Shown: positions 1 through 9,791, counted from the stretch's first letter. The stretch: 35,695 bases of DNA from Candidatus Acidiferrum sp. (GCA_035314845.1 DATFYV010000269.1:1-35695), one strand, 5' to 3'. Notes: generated by a model not told the origin, from the sequence alone. Translations and numbers: made by a program.

Positions 1-651
1 ACGTTTTTTAACTACCGGCTGGACGTGTTCATCGTGAACTATTACCTGAGCACCACGGACGTGGGGCTGTACGCACTGGGAGTAATTATCTCGGAAGCGC
101 TGTGGCAACTTCCGAATGCGGCGGCGGTGGCCATTTTGCCGCGAACGGCACGGACGCTGGACAAGTCCGGTCCCGCATTTACGAGCCTGGTGTGCCGGCA
201 GGTATTTGCGCTGGCGTGTATTTCGGCACTGGTGGTGGCGGTGCTGAGTCCGTGGCTAGTGCCATTGGTATTTGGAGCGAAGTTTGCTCCAAGCGTGGCG
301 GTGATCTGGTGGATCCTGCCGGGGACGGTGGCGCTGGCGAGCGCCAAAGTCATGAGCGCGGATTTGCTGGCGCGGGGAATGCCGGAATATTCGGGGATCT
401 TTGCGTTCGTCACGTTGATCGTGACGGTGATTCTGGATTTATTGCTGATCCCGCGCATGGGGATTCGGGGCGCGGCGCTGGCGTCTTCTTTGGCGTACCT
501 GGTTAATTCCTTGTTACTGGCGGCGACGCTCACGCGGAAGCTGGGAGTCAGCTGGAAAGCGTTGTACGTGCCATCGATTGCGGAGTTGGCGCCTTACGGG
601 CAGGTGTGGACGCGATTGGTGAGCTGGGTGCGCCCAACGGCGGCAGTCTGA
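1..651 (+). CDS. Wzx-like flippase / polysaccharide biosynthesis protein, C-terminal part (5' truncated by window edge)
   Basis: Frame is open from base 1 (TFFNYRLDVFIVNYYL...VGLYALG). It has multiple hydrophobic helices and the MATE/Wzx C-terminal motif LLIPRMGIRGAALAS. Confidence 0.85.
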   Translation, partial: TFFNYRLDVFIVNYYLSTTDVGLYALGVIISEALWQLPNAAAVAILPRTARTLDKSGPAFTSLVCRQVFALACISALVVAVLSPWLVPLVFGAKFAPSVAVIWWILPGTVALASAKVMSADLLARGMPEYSGIFAFVTLIVTVILDLLLIPRMGIRGAALASSLAYLVNSLLLAATLTRKLGVSWKALYVPSIAELAPYGQVWTRLVSWVRPTAAV

Positions 652-682
652 CATCGGTGGAAGAAATCGCCGGAAGCGCGGC

Positions 683-2143
683 GTGGCAATGCAAAAAGGA
701 TCAATGATGAGCGCGGATTCTCAAGTAGCGGAGATGATCGAAGCCGGGTCAGTGCTACCGCGAACGTGGATTGCGAAATTCCTCGGTGAAGCGGGGTTGA
801 TCCTGCTGTTGTGCGTGTCGATCACGGCGCCGGCGATCGCACTGGGGCCGAGCTGGCCGTACATCCGCACGGAAACGGTGCTGCTGGTGGCGCTGATAGC
901 CGCTTACGGCTGGACGATGCTCACCGGGACGGTGAAGAGCGCGCGATTCCATCCGTTTTACGTGATCGGGACGCTGTTTGCGATTTCCGTAAGCGCGTCG
1001 CTGACGTACGGGACGATCGTGCTGGGACACGAACTGCTGTACCGGGATTTGTTTGAAGTATTGAAGTGCTGGTTGCCGGTGTTATTTTTCACGTTTGCAT
1101 ACGAAGCGGAAATGTCCGAGAGGGGCATTCAGCGGCTGTTGAATTACTTTGCGCTGGCCACCGCGCTGGTTTGCGGGTTCGGGTGGGCGCAATTTTTGAA
1201 TCTGGAGATTGCGGCGCGCTTACAGCATTTTTACGGAGACGAAGGACACAACTATCTGGCGCTGCTGCTGTACAAGCGAGTGCACTCGACGATGGCGAAT
1301 CCCAACGTATTTGGGGAGTTTTTGAGCTGGACGCTGGTGGTGTATACGCTGGCGTTCTTGTTCGACTGTGGAAGCCGGTTGAGGAATCTCGGTATCGGGT
1401 TGCTGTGCGCGGTGACGATAACGCTGACCAGCTCGCGCTACGCCTTGCTGGCATCAATTCTGGGTTTGCTGCTGGTGCTGGGTATGGCGATGTCCGCGCG
1501 GGGGCGCGGAGCGAAATTGGCCGGGCTTTTGTTTCTGGTGGCGGTGTTTGCGGGAGTGTTCGTGGTGGTGCAGAGAGAATCGTATTTCGCGGCCACGCGA
1601 TTTCAAGAGCTTTCGAATCCCACGCAAGTGACATCGTTGCGGGAGCGACTGGATTCCCTGTGGCTGGATGCCGGCGACTATGTGGTGCAATCGCCCTGGG
1701 TGGGACATGGGCCGGCAAAAGCGATTTTCGAGGAGGCGTACACGGACTCCGAGTATCTGGACGTGATGAAATGTTATGGCGGCATCGGGTTCGTGATTTA
1801 TGGGGCGTACTATCTGTGGCCATTGTTTCGCATTCGGCGAACGCTGCGAGCGCTGCGGTTCATGAGTCCAGAGGTCGAGGACAGGCTGCGCGGGAATGCG
1901 TTGCTGACACGCGCGGGATTCGCGATGCTGTGCATGGCGTTGTTCATGAACATCGGGATGTTTACTTATTTTAATTGGGTGCTAACGGGCTTTTTTTGGA
2001 TGTGGGTGGGATTGGCGGTGCGGGGAGCGCAATTTATCGGAGAGATGAATGCGGTGATGAACGACGCCGTGGAAAACGCCGAGGCACCCGGGGAATGGAC
2101 GCCGGATCTGGAGCCGTTTTCAGCAGTACTGCGCACGAATTGA
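683..2143 (+). CDS. O-antigen ligase/polymerase (Wzy_C) family membrane protein; exact start uncertain (683, 689 or 704)
   Basis: About 12 hydrophobic segments, with motifs RVHSTMANPNVFG, LTSSR and SLRER...W...SPWVGHG...DSEYL typical of Wzy_C-domain proteins. Confidence 0.75.
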   Translation: MAMQKGSMMSADSQVAEMIEAGSVLPRTWIAKFLGEAGLILLLCVSITAPAIALGPSWPYIRTETVLLVALIAAYGWTMLTGTVKSARFHPFYVIGTLFAISVSASLTYGTIVLGHELLYRDLFEVLKCWLPVLFFTFAYEAEMSERGIQRLLNYFALATALVCGFGWAQFLNLEIAARLQHFYGDEGHNYLALLLYKRVHSTMANPNVFGEFLSWTLVVYTLAFLFDCGSRLRNLGIGLLCAVTITLTSSRYALLASILGLLLVLGMAMSARGRGAKLAGLLFLVAVFAGVFVVVQRESYFAATRFQELSNPTQVTSLRERLDSLWLDAGDYVVQSPWVGHGPAKAIFEEAYTDSEYLDVMKCYGGIGFVIYGAYYLWPLFRIRRTLRALRFMSPEVEDRLRGNALLTRAGFAMLCMALFMNIGMFTYFNWVLTGFFWMWVGLAVRGAQFIGEMNAVMNDAVENAEAPGEWTPDLEPFSAVLRTN

Positions 2144-2157
2144 GGCGGACGAAGAGG

Positions 2158-3297
2158 ATGCGGCTGGGGCGGCGAATTATCGAATTGGCGGTGTTGCTGA
2201 CGGTGCTTCTTGGGTCGTCGCCGCTATCCGCTCACGCGAATTATTTTTCAGCGGCGAAATTCACGGCGTACAGCGCCGCAGGGCGCTTTCCGTTCTGGAG
2301 CAGTTCGTGGGTGCCCTTGGAACGGCGCATCTTTTTGGACGCGCAAGGAATCCCCTACGTGCAGTACAGCGCCGGCAAATCGTATAACGCTACGACGGTT
2401 TCGTTGATTGGATTGCTGGCGTATGACCGATTCCTTGACGGGCGGAAAGAGAAGGATCGGACGCAATTCCTGCAGATCGCGCAGTGGCTACGGGCGCATC
2501 AGGACGAGAGTTGCGGCTGCTGGGCACACGATTTCGACCTGACGCACAGCACGCTGGACGAGACGATGCATGCGCCGTGGGCGTCGGCAATGACGCAAGG
2601 GTTGGCCTTGTCGGTATTGACGCGGGCTTATGCGTTGGGCGGGGACGCGGGATTTTTACACGCGGCGAAGCGCGGGATGCTGCCGTTCGAGAAACCGGTG
2701 CAGCAGGGCGGAGTGAGGCGGGAGTTTTTGGGATTCGCGCCAGCGGCCGACGCCATGAGCATGCCATTTTTTGAGGAATATCCGACGCAGCCCGATCCCA
2801 GCTACACGCTGAACGGTTTTATGTTCGCGCTGTTGGGGCTGTATGACCTGGCGCAAACGGGAAATGTGGAGGCCGGGCGTTTGTTCGCAGATGGAATGCG
2901 GACGCTACACGCGGCGCTGCCGCTTTACGATCTGGGTGACGGGAGTTCGTACGACTTGACACATCTGACACGGGCGCCACGCGGGGTGCACCGCGATTTG
3001 GGTTATCACCTGGTGCACATTACGGAGCTAAATGCGCTAGGGAGCGCGACGCGGGATGCCACGCTTCTGTGGTATCGCGACCGCTGGAATGGGTACGGGA
3101 ATCGGCTGGATGCGGAGGCGGTGTGGCTGGAGCATTTTGGGATTTGGATATTGTTCCGCGGAAGATGGCTGTTAGTAATCATAGCGCTGATGGCCTTAGC
3201 TTGCGGCCAATGGCTGGTGCGATTAGTGCGCGCACGCACGAGACGCGGAACGGCCAGTGGTGTGGCGAGACCTGTCAGCGTGATGGTGGGCAGCTGA
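2158..3297 (+). CDS. D-glucuronyl C5-epimerase C-terminal domain protein with signal peptide and C-terminal TM anchor
   Basis: Motifs PWASAMTQGLALSVLTRAY, FFEEYPT...YTLNGFMFALLGLYDL, GSSYDL and YHLVHITEL. Start reassigned to ATG 2158 (after GAAGAGG, just past the upstream stop). N-terminus MRLGRRIIELAVLLTVLLGSSPLSAHA; C-terminal hydrophobic helix followed by an Arg-rich tail. Confidence 0.85.
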   Translation: MRLGRRIIELAVLLTVLLGSSPLSAHANYFSAAKFTAYSAAGRFPFWSSSWVPLERRIFLDAQGIPYVQYSAGKSYNATTVSLIGLLAYDRFLDGRKEKDRTQFLQIAQWLRAHQDESCGCWAHDFDLTHSTLDETMHAPWASAMTQGLALSVLTRAYALGGDAGFLHAAKRGMLPFEKPVQQGGVRREFLGFAPAADAMSMPFFEEYPTQPDPSYTLNGFMFALLGLYDLAQTGNVEAGRLFADGMRTLHAALPLYDLGDGSSYDLTHLTRAPRGVHRDLGYHLVHITELNALGSATRDATLLWYRDRWNGYGNRLDAEAVWLEHFGIWILFRGRWLLVIIALMALACGQWLVRLVRARTRRGTASGVARPVSVMVGS

Positions 3298-3364
3298 AGC
3301 CAGCAAGATGTGAATGTCGTTTTGCTTTGAGACTAGCGATTTCCAAGAAGAGGAATAACGGGAA

Positions 3365-4042
3365 ATGCCGCTGATTAAGAACCCCCGAAAGTGGGCGACG
3401 TTTCTGTACCGAAAGCGCATTCCGCTTTTTGAAGTGCTAAACAAGAATGTGCTGTACAAGCAGGTGCTGGACGACAAATTCAGGAACGCGAAGGAGTTCG
3501 AGAGCCGATTTCACCTGTATGAGTATTTGAACCGGGAGATTTTGGCGAATGAACCGATTCAATATCTGGAATTTGGCGTATGGGAAGGTGTGACACTGAA
3601 AAAGTGGTGCGAACTCAATTCCAACCCGCAGAGTTCATTTTATGGATTCGATACCTTTGAAGGGCTGCCGGAGGATTGGAACGCCAACCATCCCAAGGGC
3701 GCATTTCACGTGCAGGGGAAGATGCCGGAGATTGGCGATGCCCGGGCGCGCTGCGTGAAGGGATTATTTCAGGAGTCGCTGCCCGGATTTCTGAAGACGT
3801 TTCGGAACGACCGGCGGCTGGTGGTGCACATTGACAGCGACTTGTACTCCTCGGCGCTGTATTGCCTGGCCAAATTGAACGATTTCCTGGCGCCGGGATC
3901 GCTGGTGCTGTTCGATGAATTCCGCGAGCTGGAAGACGAGTTTTCGGCGTTTTGGGATTATACCAGGGCGTTTTACCGGCAGTGGGAAGGGTTGGGATTC
4001 GCGACGTTTTATACGCACGTGGCGTTTATGGTTAAAGAGTAG
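3365..4042 (+). CDS. TylF/MycF/NovP-like SAM-dependent O-methyltransferase
   Basis: Motifs YLEFGVWEG, YGFDTFEGLPEDW, VKGLFQESLP, VHIDSDLYSS and VLFDE. Confidence 0.85.
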   Translation: MPLIKNPRKWATFLYRKRIPLFEVLNKNVLYKQVLDDKFRNAKEFESRFHLYEYLNREILANEPIQYLEFGVWEGVTLKKWCELNSNPQSSFYGFDTFEGLPEDWNANHPKGAFHVQGKMPEIGDARARCVKGLFQESLPGFLKTFRNDRRLVVHIDSDLYSSALYCLAKLNDFLAPGSLVLFDEFRELEDEFSAFWDYTRAFYRQWEGLGFATFYTHVAFMVKE

Positions 4043-4056
4043 CGCGGATGAAGAGG

Positions 4057-5250
4057 ATGCACGCGATGACGCGCTGGACGCAAGGCGTTTTGGTGGTGTT
4101 GGCGTGCGCGCTGGCCATGCAGGCTGGTGCTCCGGAGCGCGAGGTCGTCTCGACTGCGTTGGGTTCTGCTAGCCGTGGTCCACTGGGGGATCATTATTTG
4201 CTGTTGGTTTCTTCCGTGAAGGCTTCCACGTACACACCGGAGAAGCTGCGGCTATTTGACCAATCGTCGTACGACGGGGTGGTGGCTTCGTTTGTGGCGC
4301 CAAATGACTCCGGGCCGATTCCGAGCGCGGAGGAGATGACGGCGAAGATGCGGGAATGGAGAAAATACACGAAGAAGGATTTTTGGCCGTGGCTGTATTT
4401 CAGCCGCATGGTGACGCACGATCCTTCGTATAAAAGTCCGAGTGCGAATGACCCTTACTTCCTGCGGATCGCCGGCGCGGATTTGGAGAATGTCTCTGGG
4501 GCGCAAAAGGATTTTCTGGAGACGTGGAAGAATTGCTTGAAGGCGGCGCGGGAGGTGAAGACTCCGGGGATTGTGCTAGATCCGGAATTTTATTTGAACT
4601 ACAAGGCGTACGACATCGCGGTACTGGCCAAGCAGGCGAGGAAGAGCACTGCGGAAACCGTCGAGCTGTTGCGCAGGGTGGGAGCGAAGATGGCGGACAT
4701 TGCGGATCAGGAGTATCCCAACGCGGTGTTGTGGATGCTGGCCACGGATTTGGGGCAACCATCGTTCACGGTGGTGGACCATGTGGGGTATTATCCGTCG
4801 CCAGCCTACGTGTTTCTCGGGATGCTGGACGAAATTCAACAGAAAAACTTTAGCGGATTGAGGGTGATCTCCGGCGGAGAAGTCGGGCTAGGGTATTGCT
4901 CGCTGTCCGCGGCGGACTTGCAAAGGAAGATCGCCGAGCGGGCAAAAGAGTTTCATGCGGCGCTGCAAAAGTACCCGGACATTCTTGAACTGGGCGGGAC
5001 CACGATTCTCTGGCGGGACCGCACGCTTAAGACGGACTTTATGACGGAGGGCGTGTGTGGGAAGTGCGACGCGGATAGCGTGGAAGATTTGCAGCCGTAT
5101 CTGGAACTACTGTTGAAGTCGTATCGCTACAACTGGATTTATGGGACGTACAACGCGGGGTACGATCCCTTTCATCCGCGAAGCGCGCCGCGCTTTGACG
5201 CGATGATTGGGAAGGCGAAACAGCATGCGTATTCCAGCGGCGTGAATTGA
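4057..5250 (+). CDS. Exported hypothetical protein, possibly TIM-barrel glycoside-hydrolase-like; start 4048 or 4057
   Basis: N-terminal hydrophobic signal (WTQGVLVVLACALAMQAGA), alternating alpha/beta pattern and a GIVLDPEFY strand ending in DxE. Codon usage matches the neighbouring genes. Confidence 0.6.
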   Translation: MHAMTRWTQGVLVVLACALAMQAGAPEREVVSTALGSASRGPLGDHYLLLVSSVKASTYTPEKLRLFDQSSYDGVVASFVAPNDSGPIPSAEEMTAKMREWRKYTKKDFWPWLYFSRMVTHDPSYKSPSANDPYFLRIAGADLENVSGAQKDFLETWKNCLKAAREVKTPGIVLDPEFYLNYKAYDIAVLAKQARKSTAETVELLRRVGAKMADIADQEYPNAVLWMLATDLGQPSFTVVDHVGYYPSPAYVFLGMLDEIQQKNFSGLRVISGGEVGLGYCSLSAADLQRKIAERAKEFHAALQKYPDILELGGTTILWRDRTLKTDFMTEGVCGKCDADSVEDLQPYLELLLKSYRYNWIYGTYNAGYDPFHPRSAPRFDAMIGKAKQHAYSSGVN

Positions 5251-5435
5251 AAGCAAGCTTCGCCGTATTTTCGGCAGCCAATCCGAGTTCAAAACTAATC
5301 GATCGTTGCGGTAGTTACAGGCCGTAGGTGACTCCGGTGCGCAATCTGGTGGTTGCACCGGGAGTGCGGGTGTGGACGAGAGTTTGGTAAGTGTGTGAAA
5401 CCGACTGTTGTAGGGCGAGGTCGTAATCGCAAAAG

Positions 5436-6632
5436 ATGAATATGAAACCACAGAGAGGAATTACAAACGTGCATACCGTTGAAGCGAAGACGATTGAGGC
5501 GAAGAAAGACGGCTCGACGCGAACGTGGGTGAGCATTGTCGGAGCGCGCCCGCAGTTCGTGAAGCTGTCGCCGCTGTGCCGGGCCATCGACAGTCACAAC
5601 GAGCGCGGGGGCACGCCGAAAATTATTCACAAGATTGTCCATACGGGGCAGCACTACGACAAGGATGTGGCGGAAATTTTCTTTGTGCAGATGGGGATTC
5701 CCGAGCCGGACTACAACCTGGCGGTAGGGTCGGGCACGCATGGATTACAACTAGCGCGGATGCTGGAGCGGCTGGAACGGGTGTTGATGAGCGAGCGCGC
5801 CGATTGGCTGATTATCTACGGCGATACGAATTCCACGCTGGCAGGCGCGCTGGTGGGGGCGCGGCTGGAATTGCCGCTGGCGCACGTGGAAGCGGGGTGC
5901 CGCAGCGCGGACATGGGGGCGCCGGAGGAACATGCGCGCATTGTGGCGGATCACTTGAGCAGGCTGCTGCTGGCGCCGTCGCAGAGCGCGGTCGACAATT
6001 TGCACCGCGAAGGAATCGGCTCGGGCGCAGATCCGCTGCACCGGCGGACCCCGCTGGTGGGAGATGTGATGTTTGATGCGCTGCTGCATAACGTGGAGCT
6101 GGCGGAGAAACATTCACGGGCAAATCTGGAGCGTTTTTCGCTGGAGAGTGCGGGGTATTATTTGTTGACGCTGCATCGCGCGGAAAATACCAAGAGTCCT
6201 GAGACGCTACGGCAGATTCTGGATGCGGCCCAGTTGCTGGATTTGCCGGTGCTGTTTCCGATTCATCCTCGGACGCAGAAAGTGCTGGCGGGGGCGGGAA
6301 TTTCGGTTAATGGGAAAGTTCGGCCGACGGGACCGCTGGGTTATCTGGATATGATTTCGCTGGAAAAACACGCGCGGAAGATTTTGACGGATTCCGGGGG
6401 AGTGCAGAAAGAGGCGTTTTATCTGAATGTCCCGTGTGTGACGCTGCGGGACAAGACGGAGTGGCCGGAGACCGTGGAGCTGGGCGCGAACCGGGTAGTG
6501 GGCACGAACGCTCAGAAGATTCGCGATGCGGTGCTGACACCGCAAAACGTGCCGCATGTTGCGACGCCCTATGGGGAAGGGAAGGCGTCGCAGAAGATTG
6601 TGGATGCTTTGCTGTCTGCAAATGGAATTTAA
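5436..6632 (+). CDS. wecB: UDP-N-acetylglucosamine 2-epimerase (non-hydrolysing, WecB/WbpI-like); start uncertain
   Basis: Motifs SIVGARPQFVK, VHTGQHYD, GDTNSTLAGAL, AHVEAG, TLHRAEN, TDSGGVQKEA and PYGEGKAS. Confidence 0.93.
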   Translation: MNMKPQRGITNVHTVEAKTIEAKKDGSTRTWVSIVGARPQFVKLSPLCRAIDSHNERGGTPKIIHKIVHTGQHYDKDVAEIFFVQMGIPEPDYNLAVGSGTHGLQLARMLERLERVLMSERADWLIIYGDTNSTLAGALVGARLELPLAHVEAGCRSADMGAPEEHARIVADHLSRLLLAPSQSAVDNLHREGIGSGADPLHRRTPLVGDVMFDALLHNVELAEKHSRANLERFSLESAGYYLLTLHRAENTKSPETLRQILDAAQLLDLPVLFPIHPRTQKVLAGAGISVNGKVRPTGPLGYLDMISLEKHARKILTDSGGVQKEAFYLNVPCVTLRDKTEWPETVELGANRVVGTNAQKIRDAVLTPQNVPHVATPYGEGKASQKIVDALLSANGI

Positions 6633-6680
6633 ATGCGTTCGGACGGCACGGAAAATCTCCTTGGGTACTATTTGGCTGCC

Positions 6681-7823
6681 ATGAAACCCGCAAAAATTGT
6701 TCATTTAACTTCGGTGCACTCGGCGTTCGATAATCGGATTTTCCGCAAGGAGTGCCGCTCTTTGGCGCGGGCGGGATTCCAGGTGACGATTGTCGCGCCG
6801 CACACCGGAGACGAGTGTGTTGAGGGGGTGCATATTAGAGCCGTGCCGATCCATGCGGGGCGGGGGCGGCTACGGCGCATGACGTATACGGCATGGAATG
6901 TTTACCGGGAAGCGCTGCGGCAGGAAGGCGATTTATACCACTTTCACGATCCGGAGCTGATTCCGGCCGGTCTGCTCCTGCGCGCCAGAGGGAAACGGGT
7001 CATCTACGACATTCACGAGAACGTGCCGAAGGACATCCTGTTGAAGGAATATCTCCCGTGGTGGAGCCGCCGAGTGCTCTCGTGGATGATAGGAAAACTT
7101 GAGACCTCGGCTGGCCGACAATTTTCCGCATTGATCACGGTATCGCCGCCGATCGCGGAGCGGTTCGTGTCTTATAACCCGCGAACGGTGCTAATCCACA
7201 ATTTTCCAGACCCAGTGGAACTGGCTGGGGCAGAAAGAACGCCGTGGCAGATGCGCGAGCCTGCTGTGGCTTTTCCGGGCGGCATCCTGCCGGAGCGCGG
7301 CATCCGCCAGATGATTCATGCCATGGCGCACTTGCCGGAGTCGTCCAAAGTGACTCTGGAAATAGCCAGCGACGATTTTCCCGAGGACCTGCGGCGGGAG
7401 CTGTCGCAGCATCCGGGGTGGGCGCGTGTGCGTTATCGCGGCAGGCTGAACCGGGCGCAAATCGTAAGCTTGCTGGGCCGCGTAAGCGCGGGACTGGTGC
7501 TGTATTTGCCGGAGGAACAAAACTTGTGCGCCATGCCGCACAAGCTGTTCGAATATATGGCCGCCGGGATCCCGATGATCGCTTCTAATTTTCCGCTGTG
7601 GCGCGAACTCTTGCGCGATGTGGATTGTGCGGTGTTCGTCGATCCGCTGCGGCCGGAGGCGATCGCCGAGGCCATTCAGTACGTGCTCGCTAATCCCGCG
7701 GAGGCCGAGAGCATGGGGCGGCGCGGGCAACAGGCGGTACGCGAGTCTTACAACTGGGATTCGCAGGCGCGCGAATTGTGCAGACTCTACACGAATTTGA
7801 TGGAACCCGCATGTGCGGAATAG
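6681..7823 (+). CDS. Glycosyltransferase family 4
   Basis: Motifs KIVHLTSVHSAFDNRIFRKEC, YHFHDPEL, IYDIHE and PHKLFEYMAAGIPMIAS. Start set at ATG 6681 from the family N-terminus; 6633 is the alternative. Confidence 0.9.
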   Translation: MKPAKIVHLTSVHSAFDNRIFRKECRSLARAGFQVTIVAPHTGDECVEGVHIRAVPIHAGRGRLRRMTYTAWNVYREALRQEGDLYHFHDPELIPAGLLLRARGKRVIYDIHENVPKDILLKEYLPWWSRRVLSWMIGKLETSAGRQFSALITVSPPIAERFVSYNPRTVLIHNFPDPVELAGAERTPWQMREPAVAFPGGILPERGIRQMIHAMAHLPESSKVTLEIASDDFPEDLRRELSQHPGWARVRYRGRLNRAQIVSLLGRVSAGLVLYLPEEQNLCAMPHKLFEYMAAGIPMIASNFPLWRELLRDVDCAVFVDPLRPEAIAEAIQYVLANPAEAESMGRRGQQAVRESYNWDSQARELCRLYTNLMEPACAE

Positions 7824-9721
7824 CGGGTATCGTCGCGCTGGATGGCGTGGATGCGCAGATGTTGACAAGCATGACGCATCTGGTAAGCCATCGTGGACCG
7901 GACGGCTTTGGTTTCGCCTACTTTCCGCAAGGGTCCGAGTACCGGGGCGAGATTATTCACAATCAAGATGGCGGCCCCGTGATGCAGCGCCCGGTAGTGG
8001 GCTTGGGAAGCCGTCGGCTGGCGATTCTGGATCTTTCGGAACACGGCAACATGCCCATGCAAGTGGAGGATGGGGCGCTCTGTGTAACCTACAACGGCGA
8101 AATTTATAACTATCGCGAGGTTCGCACGGAGCTGGAAAAGTGTGGATATGACTTTCGTACCGGCACGGATACCGAAGTGCTGTTGCGGGCGTATCAGCAT
8201 TGGGGCAAGGATTGCCTGCAACATTTCAACGGGATGTTTGCGTTTGCGCTGTGGGACCGCAGCCGGCAAACGCTGTTTTGTGCGCGGGACCGCTTCGGCG
8301 TCAAACCCTTTTACTACGCGCTGCACGAGGGGCGCTTTTATCTGGGTTCGGAGATCAAGCAACTGGTGCACGGCGCGCAACTGCCACGCACGGCAAATCC
8401 GCGAGTGGTGCATCAGTTTTTGGAGCGCAGCACCACGGATTATTCGAACGAGACCTTTTTTGAGAATATCTACCAGCTGCCGGGCGGCCACGCGCTTACC
8501 GTGCGGTTGAACTATCCACTGGAGATTAGTGTCTGGAAATATTGGGAGCTCATGCTCCGTCCGGTCGAGGAGAGCGCGGAACAAGATGGCGAGGCGATCT
8601 GCGAAGAGTTCAAGCAACTATGGCAAGACGCGGTGAAACTGCGGCTGCGCAGCGACGTGCCTGTGGGAGTTTCACTGAGCGGCGGGATCGATTCTTCCGC
8701 GGTGACGTGCGAGGCCAGGCGGCTGTCGCCGCAACAAGAATTTCACACTTTTTCATCCTGCATCGAAGACCCGTCGATGGACGAGCGGCGGTATATCGCG
8801 TCGGTGGGAAAAGCTATCGACGCGGTGCAGCACCTGGTGTACCCGCTGTCGCCGGACTTTTGGGCGAACATAGATACGGTGATGTACCACCAGGATGAGC
8901 CATTCCCGAGCGGAGGGATTTACGCGCAATGGTGCGTGATGGCTGAGGCGCGAAAGCAGAATATACCGGTGCTGCTGGGCGGGCAGGGTGGAGACGAAGC
9001 GCTCTGCGGCTATCAAAAATACCGCTACTTCTATTTGTGGGACATGGCGCGGCGCGGAGACCTTGGGGTAGTGCGCGAAGCGCTGCTCAGCCTGCGCAAC
9101 GGAACGCGCTCCAGCTGGCAAATGAGCGACGCCAGCCGCTATTTCCCAGCGCCATTTCGCAATTCGTTTTCGGTGTTGGAGCGGGTCGGGGTACCGGGAT
9201 TCAAAGACTCATTCGAGGATCAACTGCTGAACCTGGGCGCCATGGGATCGATTCCGGAGCGGCAGAAGATGGATCTGACGCTGAGTAGTATCCCGGCGCT
9301 GCTGCACCTGGAAGACCGCAACGCCATGGCGCATTCAATCGAAACGCGGCTTCCGCTGATGGATTACAAGCTGCTGGAGTTCGCGGTGAATTGCCCGGCG
9401 AAATTTAAATTGCACGACGGATGGAGCAAATGGCTGCTGCGGGAAGCGATGAAGGGCGCGATGCCGGAGGATGTGCGGCTGCGCAAGTCCAAGCTGGGGT
9501 TTGACGTGCCGCAAAAAGGCTGGATGGTGGAAGGACTGAGCAATGGCCGGCGAGACGTATGGGCCGGCAGCAAGTTGCGAATGGAGCGCTTTTTGGATGC
9601 GCGCAGGGTGTTACGGGAAACGCAACGCTTTCTGAATGCAGACCGCGGAGCGATGCCTGCGGATTTCCTCTTTCGCGCGATCAGCCTGGAGATTTGGGCG
9701 CGCGTACACAACGTCAACTGA
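7811..9721 (+). CDS. asnB: Asparagine synthase (glutamine-hydrolysing)-type amidotransferase of a polysaccharide cluster
   Basis: The Ntn start MCGIAG fixes the ATG at 7811. Further motifs HRGPDG, RRLAILDLS, YNGEIYNY, ARDRFGVKP, SLSGGIDSS, GQGGDE and K-LGF. Confidence 0.93.
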   Translation: MCGIAGIVALDGVDAQMLTSMTHLVSHRGPDGFGFAYFPQGSEYRGEIIHNQDGGPVMQRPVVGLGSRRLAILDLSEHGNMPMQVEDGALCVTYNGEIYNYREVRTELEKCGYDFRTGTDTEVLLRAYQHWGKDCLQHFNGMFAFALWDRSRQTLFCARDRFGVKPFYYALHEGRFYLGSEIKQLVHGAQLPRTANPRVVHQFLERSTTDYSNETFFENIYQLPGGHALTVRLNYPLEISVWKYWELMLRPVEESAEQDGEAICEEFKQLWQDAVKLRLRSDVPVGVSLSGGIDSSAVTCEARRLSPQQEFHTFSSCIEDPSMDERRYIASVGKAIDAVQHLVYPLSPDFWANIDTVMYHQDEPFPSGGIYAQWCVMAEARKQNIPVLLGGQGGDEALCGYQKYRYFYLWDMARRGDLGVVREALLSLRNGTRSSWQMSDASRYFPAPFRNSFSVLERVGVPGFKDSFEDQLLNLGAMGSIPERQKMDLTLSSIPALLHLEDRNAMAHSIETRLPLMDYKLLEFAVNCPAKFKLHDGWSKWLLREAMKGAMPEDVRLRKSKLGFDVPQKGWMVEGLSNGRRDVWAGSKLRMERFLDARRVLRETQRFLNADRGAMPADFLFRAISLEIWARVHNVN

Positions 9722-9791
9722 ACTTAGTGGAAGTTGCGCCAACGCCGTGAGAGGGGAAACGCATCCCCACTGTGGTGCGAGTCCATCCAAA

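Noticed and set aside
1975-2157. N-terminal extension of the epimerase ORF
   Set aside because: It overlaps the Wzy_C gene out of frame. The RBS-like sequence and signal peptide point to 2158.
5720-5732. GGCGGTAG resembling an ops/JUMPstart element
   Set aside because: It lies inside wecB coding sequence (LAVGS) and lacks the rest of the consensus.
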